A DNA stretch of 49,120 nt from a virus, in the UHGV virus genome UHGV-1311884, one strand, 5' to 3'. The notes below the pieces were generated by a model. It searched no databases and was not told the origin of the DNA. It was given only the letters and a program-made list of their open reading frames with translations. The position numbers and the translations under genes are program-made. Below, in pieces: positions 34,832 through 42,256 of this stretch. Within the stretch, counting starts at the first letter, position 1. Every line of letters starts with the position of its first letter.

Positions 34832-35049
34832 CGCCAGAAGAACAGGAAAACGTCCTCCGCGCCCAGGCTCGTCGCTGCGCAGAAGAGATAACAAAAGCGA
34901 TGAGCGTAAAGCCTAAACCGAAGTGGAACGCTGTATGCCCCCCCATCCTTCGCAAGCACTACGAGAAGGTCCGGCCTATGGGTGTCAGCTTAGTCAAATT
35001 TGTCAGTGTTATTGGGCGCATGAACAAAAGGTATGGAGTGGAATCATGA
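34828..35049 (+). CDS. Hypothetical protein (73 aa).
   Basis: ORF track only. Confidence 0.3.
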   Translation: MTPEEQENVLRAQARRCAEEITKAMSVKPKPKWNAVCPPILRKHYEKVRPMGVSLVKFVSVIGRMNKRYGVES

Positions 35050-35246
35050 GCAAATACCCAAGAGTCGGCAGTGTTGCTGCCAAAAGCAAAAACACCTCTG
35101 CCAAATGCAAATGTGGTGCAGTTGCGAAGTATAAGACCACGGTAGAAGTGAATATTTTCCGTGGCGATGACGAAGTGATCTGGTCTTGTAGCGAGCACAA
35201 AAAAGACTGTTCATTTTTAGTCGGCGGGCAAGGCGGTGCAGCATGA
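35046..35246 (+). CDS. Small zinc-ribbon protein (66 aa; CKCG...CSEHKKDC).
   Basis: Internal Met of the track ORF 34923..35246; coupled ATGA start. Confidence 0.3.
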   Translation: MSKYPRVGSVAAKSKNTSAKCKCGAVAKYKTTVEVNIFRGDDEVIWSCSEHKKDCSFLVGGQGGAA

Positions 35247-35548
35247 AAGAACTGAAATTTTACGGTGCCAGTGATGACCTTTTCGAATGTGAAGGCGCTA
35301 TCCGGGAAGAAATCAGCATGTACAGCAACCCCGGCGTTTACCACCTCAAATCATCTGAAGGCGAGATGTTGGTTATTGCCTGTTATACGGACGAAGGCTG
35401 CTGGGCGATCGGAGTCGGCCAAGTCAATGAAGATACGCCGCTTCCGGCATGGCCAGCGTCATTCAGCCAGCATGAGCGCGGCTATAGCGTGGTCTTAACG
35501 CTGCAGGTACCTAACGACACAGAGCTGATTATGGAGGACGAAGCATGA
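35243..35548 (+). CDS. Hypothetical protein (101 aa).
   Basis: ORF track only. Confidence 0.35.
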   Translation: MKELKFYGASDDLFECEGAIREEISMYSNPGVYHLKSSEGEMLVIACYTDEGCWAIGVGQVNEDTPLPAWPASFSQHERGYSVVLTLQVPNDTELIMEDEA

Positions 35549-35766
35549 GCGCAGAAATCATCGATCAGGCCAACGAGCTGGCAGAGCGCCGGCTTGAAAT
35601 GACCATCCAGAACATGCGGATCAACCATGCGGCTGTTTCGGCTACTCACTGCTGCGATTGCGGGGAAGAGATACCAGAACAGCGCCGGGAAGCGGTGGCG
35701 GGCTGTCAGCGCTGCGTTAGTTGCGCCAGTGATATCGAACTACGGTTGAAACAGGAGGGCAAATGA
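35545..35766 (+). CDS. TraR/DksA-family C4 zinc-finger protein.
   Basis: CCDCGEEIPEQRREAVAGCQRCVSC is the TraR/DksA C4 motif. Confidence 0.6.
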   Translation: MSAEIIDQANELAERRLEMTIQNMRINHAAVSATHCCDCGEEIPEQRREAVAGCQRCVSCASDIELRLKQEGK

Positions 35767-35767
35767 T

Positions 35768-36427
35768 ATGCGCGTGAAGTTTGATGTTGGCGAAAAGGTG
35801 GGCATGCTCACGCTAATTGAGCCTTTCACCAAAGATGAAAAAGGGGTTTATAAGGGTAAATTTTACTGTGATTGCGGTAGAACTAAAATTATTTGCCTTT
35901 CTTACGTTAAAAGTGGTCACACAAAATCATGTGGGTGCTTGAAGGTTGAAGCAAAAAAGACTCACGGCTTGTCGAGTTCTTCAGAATATAAAATTTGGGA
36001 TCTCATGATACAGAGATGCGAAAACCCTAACGATAAGAGATACAAGGATTATGGCGGGCGAGGAATAACTGTGTGCCATCAATGGCATGACTTCAGCTCG
36101 TTTTACGCTGATATGGGCTCTCGTCCTGATGGGTTTACGCTGGACCGCATCGATAACGACAAGGGATATTCACCGGAAAATTGTCGTTGGGCTACACCAT
36201 CTGAACAGCAGTTGAACAGAAGGAAAGTGAAGGGAAGCAAATCTCGATTTGTTGGTGTAACTAAACGTCCATCAGGTAGGTGGTCAGCAAGGATAACTGT
36301 TAATTATAAAGGCATCTATCTTGGCGATTACGATACAGAAGAAGCGGCTTCCGAGGCTTACCAGAAAGCAAAGGAAAAGGTTCTTGAAGAGTTTGAGCTA
36401 ATGCGCAAACAGAGGGGGATCCAGTGA
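35768..36427 (+). CDS. HNH endonuclease with a C-terminal AP2 DNA-binding domain (homing-endonuclease-like).
   Basis: HNH motif: LDRIDNDKGYSPENCRWATPSEQ. AP2 motif: SRFVGVTKRPSGRWSARITVNYKGIYLGDYDTEEAASEAYQKA. Local GC is lower than in flanking genes. Confidence 0.6.
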   Translation: MRVKFDVGEKVGMLTLIEPFTKDEKGVYKGKFYCDCGRTKIICLSYVKSGHTKSCGCLKVEAKKTHGLSSSSEYKIWDLMIQRCENPNDKRYKDYGGRGITVCHQWHDFSSFYADMGSRPDGFTLDRIDNDKGYSPENCRWATPSEQQLNRRKVKGSKSRFVGVTKRPSGRWSARITVNYKGIYLGDYDTEEAASEAYQKAKEKVLEEFELMRKQRGIQ

Positions 36428-36454
36428 AAGAACGCGGTAAGCATCGGAGGTGAT

Positions 36455-36790
36455 ATGGCGTCAGATAAACCGATAACAGCTCAGCAGGCCGCCGACTTAC
36501 TCATCGTGTCGGCGCGGGTAATCTACCGCCTGATTGAGTCAGGAGAACTCGCCGGCCGCAAGGTCGGCAACAAGTACAGAACGACCGAAGCGGCATGTAT
36601 TGCGTATTTGTCATCCCCGCAGGAAACTAAACGAGCGAACGCGGGTGAGCATAAAGGAGATATTTTATGTCCATCACCCTCAGAGGCGGCATGTGGCACT
36701 GTCATTTCTTTACGCCGTCAGGGAAAAGAGTTAGGCGATCTCTTGGTACGGGGGACAAAAAGCAGGCGCAGGAGCTCCACGATAAGCTAA
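36455..36790 (+). CDS. xis: Excisionase (HTH, MerR/Xis-like). The real C-terminus is uncertain because the ORF overlaps the int start by about 120 nt.
   Basis: [34 protein letters not shown] sits immediately upstream of int. Confidence 0.5.
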   Translation: MASDKPITAQQAADLLIVSARVIYRLIESGELAGRKVGNKYRTTEAACIAYLSSPQETKRANAGEHKGDILCPSPSEAACGTVISLRRQGKELGDLLVRGTKSRRRSSTIS

Positions 36791-37830
36791 AGGCTGAAGC
36801 ATGGCGGGTTGACCAGATCGGAGACCTGCCTGTCAGAACCTTCGAAGAGTGCTGTATCCGGTGGCTGCGGGAGAAAGACCACAAGCGGTCGCTGGATGAT
36901 GACAAAACCAAAATAGAGTTTTGGCTGCAGCATTTTTCCGGCCGCGACGTTTCGAAAATAACGGTGGAGGAAATTCACGAAGCCGTTAACGGGATGATCA
37001 ACCGTAAGCACCTGCAGGTGTGGGAGAGTAAACGTGATGCCGCGTTGAGGAAGGGTAAGCCGGTTCCTGAGTACAGGCCACGGCAGGTTTCTCAGGCAAC
37101 AAAGGCACAGCACCTTTCCTTCATTCGGTCTCTTCTCAGGGCCGCGGCAAATGACTGGGGCTGGATAAAAACGGCACCAGTTATCAAAACCCGTAAGCCG
37201 ATCAGCAAGCGGATACGGTGGCTGACTAAAGAAGAGGCGGAACGGTTGATCGAGTGCATGCCGGAGAGCATTAAGCCAGTGGTGATATTTGCTCTGGCAA
37301 CCGGCCTGCGCCGCTCAAACATCATCGGGCTTGAGTGGCAGCAGGTCGATATGCAGAGAAAGGTTGCATGGGTAAATCCAGAGAACGCAAAAGCGGGCAA
37401 GGCGATTGGCGTTGCTCTGAATGATACCGCATGCAAGGTATTAAGGGATCAGATAGGGAGGCATTCCCGGTGGGTGTTCGTTCATACCACGGCAAAACAT
37501 CGCCCGGATGGAACGCTGACGCCCGCGGTGAGAAAAATGCGGGTGGATGACAATAACGCCTGGCGCGCCGGACTGAAAAAAGCGGGGATAGAGGATTTCC
37601 GCTTTCACGACCTCCGGCATACCTGGGCAAGCTGGTTAATCCAGTCCGGCGTCCCGCTTTCAGTTTTGCAGGAAATGGGCGGATGGGAGAGCATCGAGAT
37701 GGTGCGCCGATATGCTCACCTGGCACCAAACCATTTGACCGAGCACGCACGGAAAATTGACGCCATTTTTGGCGCTAGCGACACAAATACGACACAAGGA
37801 GGAAATCAGGCTGGACTAAAACTTGCGTAA
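36667..37830 (+). CDS. int: Tyrosine integrase (phage integrase family).
   Basis: Catalytic box: [15 protein letters not shown]...[16 protein letters not shown]...MVRRYAHL (R...HxxR...Y). RBS GGAGAT precedes the ATG. It ends 15 bp from the partial tRNA. Confidence 0.85.
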   Translation: MSITLRGGMWHCHFFTPSGKRVRRSLGTGDKKQAQELHDKLKAEAWRVDQIGDLPVRTFEECCIRWLREKDHKRSLDDDKTKIEFWLQHFSGRDVSKITVEEIHEAVNGMINRKHLQVWESKRDAALRKGKPVPEYRPRQVSQATKAQHLSFIRSLLRAAANDWGWIKTAPVIKTRKPISKRIRWLTKEEAERLIECMPESIKPVVIFALATGLRRSNIIGLEWQQVDMQRKVAWVNPENAKAGKAIGVALNDTACKVLRDQIGRHSRWVFVHTTAKHRPDGTLTPAVRKMRVDDNNAWRAGLKKAGIEDFRFHDLRHTWASWLIQSGVPLSVLQEMGGWESIEMVRRYAHLAPNHLTEHARKIDAIFGASDTNTTQGGNQAGLKLA

Positions 37831-37845
37831 GTGACTGTTTCTTAA

Positions 37846-37888
37846 TGGTACGCCCTACAGGGTTCGAACCTGTGACCTACGGCTTAGA
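37846..37888 (-). other. att core: 3' 43 nt of a tRNA-Arg(UCU)-like gene (anticodon-loop to CCA), TCTAAGCCGTAGGTCACAGGTTCGAACCCTGTAGGGCGTACCA. No matching 5' half is present.
   Basis: On the minus strand the T-arm ACAGG-TTCGAAC-CCTGT, acceptor 3' strand AGGGCGT-A-CCA and anticodon loop CTTCTAA are intact. Homology stops at the anticodon stem, which is typical of a phage attachment-site duplicate. Confidence 0.65.
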
Positions 37889-38024
37889 AGAAAGTAGAGC
37901 GTTAAATAACACACTGTAAACACATATGTTTTCCGCGTTCGCATCCGGTTTTGTGTCGTTACGTGTCGTTGTGTGACTTCCTTGTCCTTATCGCGCTATT
38001 CAGTTACGCCACAAATGCGACACA

Positions 38025-38351
38025 TCAAACAGGACTGGCATCCTGCCTCAAATCGTTAATCGCATGGGTTGCGACTCCGAGTACTTCAACGTCTTCCAGC
38101 GCCTCACCTTCGATGCTCTCGCCTTCGGCTGTGATAAAAGAGCTGCCCATCAATTTTGCAAACTGCAGTTCGCCAGCCAGGCGGATAAGAAGGACTCTTC
38201 CTTGCGTCACCTTCAGCGATAAATCGAGAACGACATAGCCGCGGTCTGTCTCTATAACCTGAGAGTTAGCGCTGATGTTGCACGCAGCCGTGACAGTAAG
38301 CCTCTGCTCTATGTAATCAGCAGCAGGTGAAGGAAAATAGCTGGCAGTCAT
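38025..38351 (-). CDS. UmuD'-like S24-family protein. It is N-terminally 'pre-cleaved' and lacks the Ser-containing segment.
   Basis: It starts [18 protein letters not shown], which matches UmuD residues 25 onward ([14 protein letters not shown]), the start of UmuD'. [29 protein letters not shown] matches [40 protein letters not shown] matches DVFGVVIHVVK. No GDSM motif. The ATG overlaps the upstream stop (TAATG). Confidence 0.55.
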   Translation of the reverse strand: [108 protein letters not shown]

Positions 38352-38352
38352 T

Positions 38353-38590
38353 ACATCACCCTCCCCATGTTCCGCAGAATCCATAATCTGTTTTCGGTGT
38401 GATCAGGCGTCTTGTCAGCGAAGCACGATTGATAGCGCTCTATCCACCGGTTAGCCTCGGGATAAGATAGATAGATGCCACGGCCTACGAGAGAGGAAAC
38501 GAAATCCCGGGTGTGCAGGTACTGGTAGCCTTTCGAGTTTCGAAGGATCGACTCACGAAAGGCCTGGTTGATGTCTGATTGTCGAAGCAT
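38353..38590 (-). CDS. 79-aa protein of unknown function. It is LexA-regulated and is the first gene of a two-gene operon with the UmuD'-like gene.
   Basis: Start MLRQSD with RBS GGGAGGG. A LexA box lies about 20-40 bp upstream. Confidence 0.45.
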
Positions 38591-38608
38591 GATCTGCCCT
38601 CCCATAAA

Positions 38609-38628
38609 TACTGTTTATTTATACAGTA
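38609..38628. promoter_or_regulatory. LexA (SOS) box TACTGTTTATTTATACAGTA.
   Basis: CTGT-N8-ACAG, with flanking TA and AT-rich spacer, fits the enterobacterial consensus TACTG(TA)5CAGTA. It is positioned over the likely -10 of the 38590 gene. Confidence 0.6.
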
Positions 38629-38707
38629 GTTTCATCATGAGCTCAGATCAAGCGTGGCGGCACCTATCAATGATGCCAACAGAGGTATGTCATTGATATC
38701 ATCTTTT

Positions 38708-39484
38708 TTATGTGGGGTAATGCTCCTTAGGTCCACTCCACTGGAATGAGTTGTAGACGTCATGAATAGCTTTCTGAGCTAGTTTTAATGTGTCTTCTGA
38801 TACTTCAATTTCAACAAATGAACCATCACCTATCGTCGTGCCCAAGAGTCGACCATTTAAGCTTTCTCCAATGAGAGCGCCATGAGGACCACCAAATAAG
38901 CCATTGTTTATAGGCTGTATAGCCATTGGCTTCCTGTTACCTCCTATTCCAAATGCTCTATCTTCTTGGTGGTGAAATGAATTTCTAACATCTCTTAAGA
39001 AAGGTATGCCATCAAAAAAATCCTTGCATATGGTAGGTATGCTTTGAGGTGCCCAACTTTCACTGCTCATTCTAGATAAAATCAAAGAAAATTTATCTAG
39101 CGAGTACAAAAATGATTTTGCATAAATAAAAATGTAATTTGATATGATTGAATCAGGTAGTTCTCCTCTTTCCCATTTTTTCCTTTTGACATTGGCGCGA
39201 GCCTGAAAAGTCAACTCCGTTAACTGTCCTGATGATAAATCATCATAATCATCCCCAATTAATCTTCTTTCTTCTTCTATAATTTCTTCTTGATTTCTAT
39301 CCCAATCCTCAACGCTTATATCGGGAAAATCCCTCTGAATCTCTTTACCAAATAAGTATAGCGATGCGTTGGCTTCAAAAAATGCTGATTCAAGCAGTCC
39401 AAGATATTTAGATATTTCACGTTCCTCATTAGGTGCGTGCCCTTCTAGCCAAGACCCAGGCCTTGTTATTTCTAATATATTCAT
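38708..39484 (-). CDS. AT-rich cargo protein (258 aa) with a HEPN-like RNSFHH motif. Candidate abortive-infection (Abi_2/AbiD/AbiF-like) protein.
   Basis: RBS GAGGGG. Gene GC is far below that of flanking tail genes, and it has AT-rich 5' and 3' flanks. The motif FLRDVRNSFHHQEDRAF (around aa 163-179) fits Rx4-6H. Confidence 0.45.
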   Translation of the reverse strand: MNILEITRPGSWLEGHAPNEEREISKYLGLLESAFFEANASLYLFGKEIQRDFPDISVEDWDRNQEEIIEEERRLIGDDYDDLSSGQLTELTFQARANVKRKKWERGELPDSIISNYIFIYAKSFLYSLDKFSLILSRMSSESWAPQSIPTICKDFFDGIPFLRDVRNSFHHQEDRAFGIGGNRKPMAIQPINNGLFGGPHGALIGESLNGRLLGTTIGDGSFVEIEVSEDTLKLAQKAIHDVYNSFQWSGPKEHYPT

Positions 39485-39659
39485 ATCCCCTCACAAAAAA
39501 TCAAACTCAGGATTAATGAATTTAAACTTTTACCTACAAACTATCAACAAAGAGGTATGATATTTTTTCCTAAATTATTCATCACGTTATACCTAAGATA
39601 TCCTTGCCATCACCTGATATGGTATGAAAATTTGATTAGCATCGTAATTATTTGCAATA

Positions 39660-40412
39660 TCAACTCATGCCAAGCAGGTACTGCTGAACCGCTACATGCT
39701 GCGATGTTGTTAGTGAACCGTTGATCAGAACAACAGCCTTTATCTCAATCGTTGCCGTGGAACTGTTGTTATCGACCTTACGCCCAATCAGAATATCATT
39801 TGTCCCTGCCGCTCGTGTTCCAGGCAGGGTAACGGCGTTAGATACATAAGTCTGAGTGGATGGGTTGTATACGGTGACGGTTATCGTTCCCTGACGGATG
39901 AATGCCGTTATCGCACACTCGTTTCCTACCAGCACTGATGTTGGAAAATCCAACTCTGCTACTGTGGCATTGGCTTGATCTGCGACCTGTGCCGCCAATC
40001 GAAGTTTACCATTGGCTCCGATTCCTATGGCCCAGCCAGTGGAGCCAAGACCAGAACCGGAAAAATCTGCCAGAAACCACATGTTAGCTGCTGGAGTCGG
40101 AGGCCGAACAAAGCATGCTGCAGCGGTAATTGATACTGGCGATTTCTCATGCGTATCCAGGTAATTATCGGTTCCGACTGTGGCATAACCGTTGGCATTA
40201 GTTACTGTACCTACGATTGTTAACGGTACCGCATTATCAAATGAATTCAGTGTGATGTCATGAACCGGGGTGCCGAAATAATATCCCGCGAAAGGTGTAC
40301 CATCCGTGCCAGGAAAATCAGTAAACCAGTTTTTAACTGTAAAATCCGCCAATGTCTTCATGCCTGGAATAACAGGTAGTTTACCGTCAATGTAGATGGA
40401 GGTGATGGACAT
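39660..40412 (-). CDS. Tail fibre or lectin-like protein (250 aa).
   Basis: Directly downstream of the tailspike. Gly/Thr/Asn-rich beta-type composition. Confidence 0.4.
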   Translation of the reverse strand: MSITSIYIDGKLPVIPGMKTLADFTVKNWFTDFPGTDGTPFAGYYFGTPVHDITLNSFDNAVPLTIVGTVTNANGYATVGTDNYLDTHEKSPVSITAAACFVRPPTPAANMWFLADFSGSGLGSTGWAIGIGANGKLRLAAQVADQANATVAELDFPTSVLVGNECAITAFIRQGTITVTVYNPSTQTYVSNAVTLPGTRAAGTNDILIGRKVDNNSSTATIEIKAVVLINGSLTTSQHVAVQQYLLGMS

Positions 40413-40415
40413 TAG

Positions 40416-42170
40416 TTATTCCTCAAAAAAGTTATTTTTTATGCTCTTTGTCAAAACGAAAGCGCCAAGATTGCTCAGGTGTAAAGTGTCTTCCCAGGCC
40501 CCATTAGAATTGCTGTAGGTTTTTGGGAATATTTTATAGCCACTGATATAGCTGGAGTTCGTTTCAATGGCGATATCGCGCATTTCATTATCATAATCAG
40601 ACAACGCAGGAACCCCTGTCGCATTTGACTGCGCTGGAGAAATCAGGCAAATACATACGCCGGGTATAGCTTGCTGGTACTGGGTAATGATCTCCGTGAT
40701 ACCCTCACGATACTGATCCAGTCCCTTACTCTTCCTGAAGTCATTTGTCCCGAGGATGATAAATAACAGATCGATATCCAGATACTGAGCGGTAGGCTTT
40801 ATCCAGTTTGACCAGTTAAGATAATCGCCTGCTGTTGAAGCGCCATTGCCCATCCTGGATATCGTCACACCAGATGCCACTCCGGAATCCTTACCATACA
40901 TACCAAAGATTGAAACCACCCCATTTCCAACCGTTGTTATCCTGACTGTATGAGATGCTGAGGTAAGTCCGGACAGGTCATATTTTTTACCCTGTCCTGT
41001 ATTTGCTCCAGCAATTGTAGCAACGGTTGTCCCGTCGACAATAAGATTGAAACTGCCTGTTCCGTCGTAATAAAACAGAGTCAAATCCGTAGCCTTAACG
41101 CCAGACCAGGTCATTGTGGCCACAGAGCCAGTGTTATACATCGCATTACCGTCAGGACCGCAGCCGTAAGTCGGTGGAGCATTGTTGTGCTCGTTGTCAC
41201 CGTCGTAGATGGTGAAGCCTGTAGAGGTAAGAGTAATGCCAGCCATGACGGCGTCGGGTCGTGTTGAGGTACTGATCCAACCTGGGTCTTTATATGTTCC
41301 GCCTAGAACGCTGATCAACGATTTGGGAATTGTGTTTTTTTCTGTCCAGGAGTCGCCAGTAAAAGCCACGTTAACGCTCGATGCTACTGAATTAAATACC
41401 TGTCCTTTCTTGAAAAGAAATTTGAAGATATCCCCTTCAATATATTTTGAGTCAGCGCCTCCTGCTGCACTAACAATGGACTGAAGGTTAGGACCAAAAC
41501 CAGCAGCATCCACTCTTCCATTATCCATCCAGAACGGAACATTGCCGTCTTCATCATAAATTAACGGGAAAAATGAGGTGTTGTAGTCCAACTGGTTAAT
41601 CATTTTACTAACCAGCTCATTAGGTATTTTTGATACAGTATCGCTTAATTGCGGCCCAAGACCTGCTGCATCAAGAAGACTGTTAACAAGCCAAAGAGGA
41701 ACATATCCCTCACTGTCATGGAATAATGGGACCATAGAGGGCGCGTAATCACCTGGAGTTAATTTAGCATCGATTTTTTCATCAATAGTTTGTACTGATG
41801 GCATCAGGCGACCAGTGGCTATCAAGGTTCCGCCATTGTTGATAACCTCAACAGCCAGTGCGCTGTCATCAGGGCTGCGGTAATAGGTGGCGCTGCCTTC
41901 TGGTATATTAGCAATATCAGCCTGAGCTGCATCAAGGGTCATATACTGCCGGCTGAGAGGGATCAGGTTCTTCCGCGTCTCTTCGACAACTTTATCCCCT
42001 TCCGCCTTCATTCCGTCTACGGTGTAGTGCTCACCGCCGAGGCGATCGGTGTATGTCGGATCTGTACTGGTGACAACCTTATCCAGCATGGCGCCAGCAT
42101 AAACTGCGTCCCGGATATCAGTGCTGGGTACCTGATTGTCAGTTGGAGTTGGTAACGGTACTTCTGCCAT
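40416..42170 (-). CDS. Tail spike or fibre with a C-terminal SGNH/GDSL hydrolase domain (putative polysaccharide O-acetyl esterase).
   Basis: Block I VAFTGDSWTE, block III LFIILGTNDF, block V EDTLHLSNLG (DxxH). Confidence 0.7.
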   Translation of the reverse strand: MAEVPLPTPTDNQVPSTDIRDAVYAGAMLDKVVTSTDPTYTDRLGGEHYTVDGMKAEGDKVVEETRKNLIPLSRQYMTLDAAQADIANIPEGSATYYRSPDDSALAVEVINNGGTLIATGRLMPSVQTIDEKIDAKLTPGDYAPSMVPLFHDSEGYVPLWLVNSLLDAAGLGPQLSDTVSKIPNELVSKMINQLDYNTSFFPLIYDEDGNVPFWMDNGRVDAAGFGPNLQSIVSAAGGADSKYIEGDIFKFLFKKGQVFNSVASSVNVAFTGDSWTEKNTIPKSLISVLGGTYKDPGWISTSTRPDAVMAGITLTSTGFTIYDGDNEHNNAPPTYGCGPDGNAMYNTGSVATMTWSGVKATDLTLFYYDGTGSFNLIVDGTTVATIAGANTGQGKKYDLSGLTSASHTVRITTVGNGVVSIFGMYGKDSGVASGVTISRMGNGASTAGDYLNWSNWIKPTAQYLDIDLLFIILGTNDFRKSKGLDQYREGITEIITQYQQAIPGVCICLISPAQSNATGVPALSDYDNEMRDIAIETNSSYISGYKIFPKTYSNSNGAWEDTLHLSNLGAFVLTKSIKNNFFEE

Positions 42171-42256
42171 TGTGCATGTCGCCCTATAAAAGGCGCACGA
42201 AGCCCTCAGAAGTGAATCTGATGGTGTGCGCGAAGGTTGGTAGTTACTGCTGTGTG

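Larger units (their letters stand above)
1..37845. mobile_element. Lambdoid prophage A (partial; distal tail end lies beyond the left window edge). Int-proximal end at 37845; late genes on minus strand, early-left operon on plus strand.
   Basis: Lambda-like gene order recognised from ORF translations: int-xis, early-left genes, cI, cro, cII, O, P, nin, Q, lysis, terS/terL, head, tail, tape measure. Integrase abuts a partial tRNA 3' fragment. Confidence 0.85.

Noticed and set aside
36455-36790. Long 111-aa excisionase reading frame extending about 120 nt into int.
   Set aside because: The HTH xis domain is credible, but the C-terminal 40 aa (Ser/Arg-rich) look like an out-of-frame read-through of the int 5' region. 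The gene was kept, with its true end flagged as uncertain.
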